Part shown: in pieces, positions 61,477 to 64,000 of the stretch
How the letters are laid out: each line of letters starts with the position of its first letter
How positions within the stretch are numbered: position 1 is the first letter of the stretch
NCBI GenBank assembly: GCA_025201805.1
Contig: MU619390.1
Coordinates: 1 to 64,000 of the forward strand
Length of the DNA: 64,000 bases
From: Parasitella parasitica NRRL 2501
Taxonomy: Eukaryota; Fungi; Mucoromycota
Reading direction: 5' to 3'
Program-made: the position numbers and the translations under genes
The notes under the pieces: model-generated
Seen by the model: the letters and a program-made list of their open reading frames with translations, nothing else
What the model was told of the DNA's origin: nothing
Databases searched by the model: none

Positions 61477-64000
61477 CTAGGAAAAATAAAATTTATTTGC
61501 AACACTCAATGAGTATTCTAGAAATGATTGCAAATAAAACTTTTTGTAATAGTATGAGCATCTCCTCAGGAATTTGGATAAAATCTGAAGGTGTGTCTCT
61601 GGGCAGAGTAATTGTAGGAACAGTACCTTGACCAATCTAAAGTCGATAATCAGCAAATTGTTGAAGTTCATTTGCAAGGCCTGGATTGTCAGTTTGAAGG
61701 ACCTGTCACTCATGTTTGTACGCAATTGCATTGAGACAACCAGTGGCCAAAAGCTGGGTTGTTCAAGCACTCACAAAATGAGCCATCAGCTTTCGCTATC
61801 AAGTCCTTGCTCATCATTGAGCATTCATCCCAAACAATATTTTTTGCTCTTTGTATAAATGATGGCATGTCAGAGCGGGGAGTTATGTCGCACATGCTAA
61901 TGTTAGCTACTTTTAAAGGTACCTTAAAGGTAGAGTGAGCAGTACGTCCGCCTTTGAGCAACAATGCAGCAGTTCCACTCGATGCCACAGCAATCGTAAT
62001 ATCACCTTCTAGTCTATGATCCAGCCATAATTGATAGGGATCAGATACACCACTAAATGCGATCAAAATGCAGAACAACTTTCTCAAGAAGCTGGAGTTT
62101 GCGACAAAGACGCCTCAGTTATAGCTGCAACTCACCATCAACGATGCGAAGATCTGTCAACGACTTGGCCCCAGGAACATGCAAGAGTAAGAGCCGAAGA
62201 TTATATTTTTCGGTATCTCTTGGTGAAACGGTATACATGCAACCAATAGTACCTCCAAAGCCACTCTATCTTGGGGTCTTATGAAAAGTATAATGCTCGC
62301 AAAAGCTGATGAATAGGGTTGCCATTGCTTGTTCATCAGTTAAGTTTTCTGCAATGTATGTGGACCAAGCTTCCAATGTGCTCGCAGGCATATTACGACG
62401 TCAAACGTCTGCAGGGCGGTCATTTTCGTTATAGCGAATAACACGATCTCCGGGCAAGTGAATGTCAAGTCTTTGGCACGAAGGAAACTCTTTGTGCATG
62501 GGAAGTGACAACAACCGCCAGCAAGCCTCAGCTGCAGAAACATACCTTGCGTCAAGAAAGTTTTTAACTTCATCTTGTGCCTCATTGGCAACATTTGCCA
62601 TATACACCTGGGCACGATCATGATCTTTGAGCATGTATTTGTACAAATGCTTGACAGAATTGATTTCGGTACAAATTTCAACATTGATGTAAGGCTCATA
62701 CTTGGCAACTAAAAACAAATTGTGTAGAACGATCCAACTATTACCCACAGTTGTGGTACCATTGTTTCTCAAGACGGTTCTATCATTCATGACTCTTCTG
62801 CGATACGTCAATTTTCCATTCTCATTCTGCTCACCCAATGTAATTTCCCCATCAAATACACACGCGTACTTTTTGGTGCATAGACCATCTTTCATGCAAA
62901 TAGCTCCAGGATTGTAAAGACCACAGGGGCCGTAAACCATTTCCTAGCTACAATTTTATAAGCAAGTGGGGGGTTTGATGGGGTCGGGGATCTCAGCTGA
63001 CACAATGGTGTCAATGATCTCTGGAGTTTTTAGCTTATCCGCCTCGTCCAAGATGAATAGCATATGGCAATGGGGCAAGCCACGCTTTTGAAACTCGTTT
63101 GTGTAGCAAGTATTCCGGAACTTTACCAAGGACCCTGTTCTTGACAATATCGTCTAACAGTACTCTTAGTTTTAGGTTAAAAATCCGTGCACACAAATCA
63201 GGTCGATCGGCAGGTCTTTGATTCTCCAATAATTCAGCTTCTATCTCGGGCCACGCAGGGGTACATGTGAATGCACTAAACAGATCTGGTTTGCCAAACC
63301 GACGTACCAACTTCATTGCATCTTGGTATAACTGTGCCATGAATTGTGAATTACCAACAATAGAAGATGGAAGGATCACACGTTTACCGATATCGCTCAT
63401 ATCACTGTCATCAAGACGAATAACATCTGCCAACCTACTATACAGAGCGGAACGAGGAAAGGCCTGATTAAATCGAATGAAATTCAATCTTTGTTGTTTC
63501 CATCTTTGCAATGATATAGCTTTCCAAAAAACTGTATGCTGACTTACTGATTCATAGGAAGAAGCCCATCGACTGGTCGAAGTATGAGACGTAAATTGTA
63601 ATACTGCACGACTAAGAAATCAGCACTGTTTCTGTTGACCTGGTCAGTGATCGGTTAATTAAACTCCATCATAACAAGTTTTATAAGATCTCGTATTGAT
63701 ATTCTATCCTGGACCACCGGAAAGGAACATCAGCACATATTGCAGAGAACGATTATGCTGATGCAACTCAATGATTCGTGCAAGACCATCATTTTCTTGA
63801 CTTTTCAAATAAGGAACAATGCCTTTATTTCTTGCTCCCAAATCACTCTCATCGTCATCGCCAACAACCAACACACCATTTTCATTAGCAATAGGTGTAT
63901 TATACCTTCTTGAGTCTGGCACACTTACTGCCCTGAATATCATGCGTACTTTCTGTATTTTACCTTCTTGCTTATTTGCAAATCCTTTTATAGATTTGAA
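61477..64000 (-). mobile_element. Decayed Helitron Rep-helicase
   Basis: GKRVILPSS, YQDAM..FGKPDLF, DRPDLCARIF, EFQKRGLPHCHML, SAEIPDP, MVYGPCG, INVEIC, LDARYVSAAEACWRL, AVASSGTAALLLKGGRTAHSTFKVP, WDECSM; many stops, frameshifts and deletions. Confidence 0.93.

Noticed and set aside
1-64000. tRNA, rRNA and spliceosomal snRNA genes
   Set aside because: No convincing cloverleaf/T-loop context or snRNA signature found by eye; a covariance-model scan was not possible.

Overview
Eukaryotic fungal scaffold, most consistent with Mucorales (Mucoromycota): AT-rich, short GT-AG introns, compact gene spacing, and a Mucorales-type transposon set. There are five N gaps. Three zones: (1) ~1-11.7 kb is a nest of decayed transposons (Tc1 transposase with DD36E spacing, LINE ORF1-like gag, PIF/Harbinger, Ty3-type gag/protease, a DIRS tyrosine recombinase fragment, and a Crypton/NDC10-like recombinase split by a 214-bp solo LTR with a 5-bp TSD). 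(2) ~12-57.7 kb is gene-dense: SAS10, BUD13, two homeobox genes, gamma-glutamyltranspeptidase, RPL12, PBP1/ataxin-2, a Bir1-C-terminus-like protein, an EamA transporter, a secreted LysM protein missed by the ORF track, two small secreted Cys-rich proteins, TPA1, CBP6/UQCC2, HOP2, an alpha/beta-hydrolase fused to an RNA-triphosphatase-type Cys phosphatase, a coiled-coil protein, alpha-actinin, a DUF4149-like membrane protein, an EF-hand MscS channel, a G-alpha and a SEL1-repeat protein. (3) ~57.7-64 kb is repeat-derived, with a 1.2-kb gag-only DIRS derivative and a decayed Helitron. Most notable: the mini-DIRS keeps both inverted terminal repeats and the internal complementary region; a probable Fanzor/TnpB-like relic sits at ~28.6-29.0 kb; the hydrolase-RNA-triphosphatase fusion; and the LysM gene has a single in-frame TAA in its repeat linker. 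All calls come from reading motifs by eye; no database searches were run.
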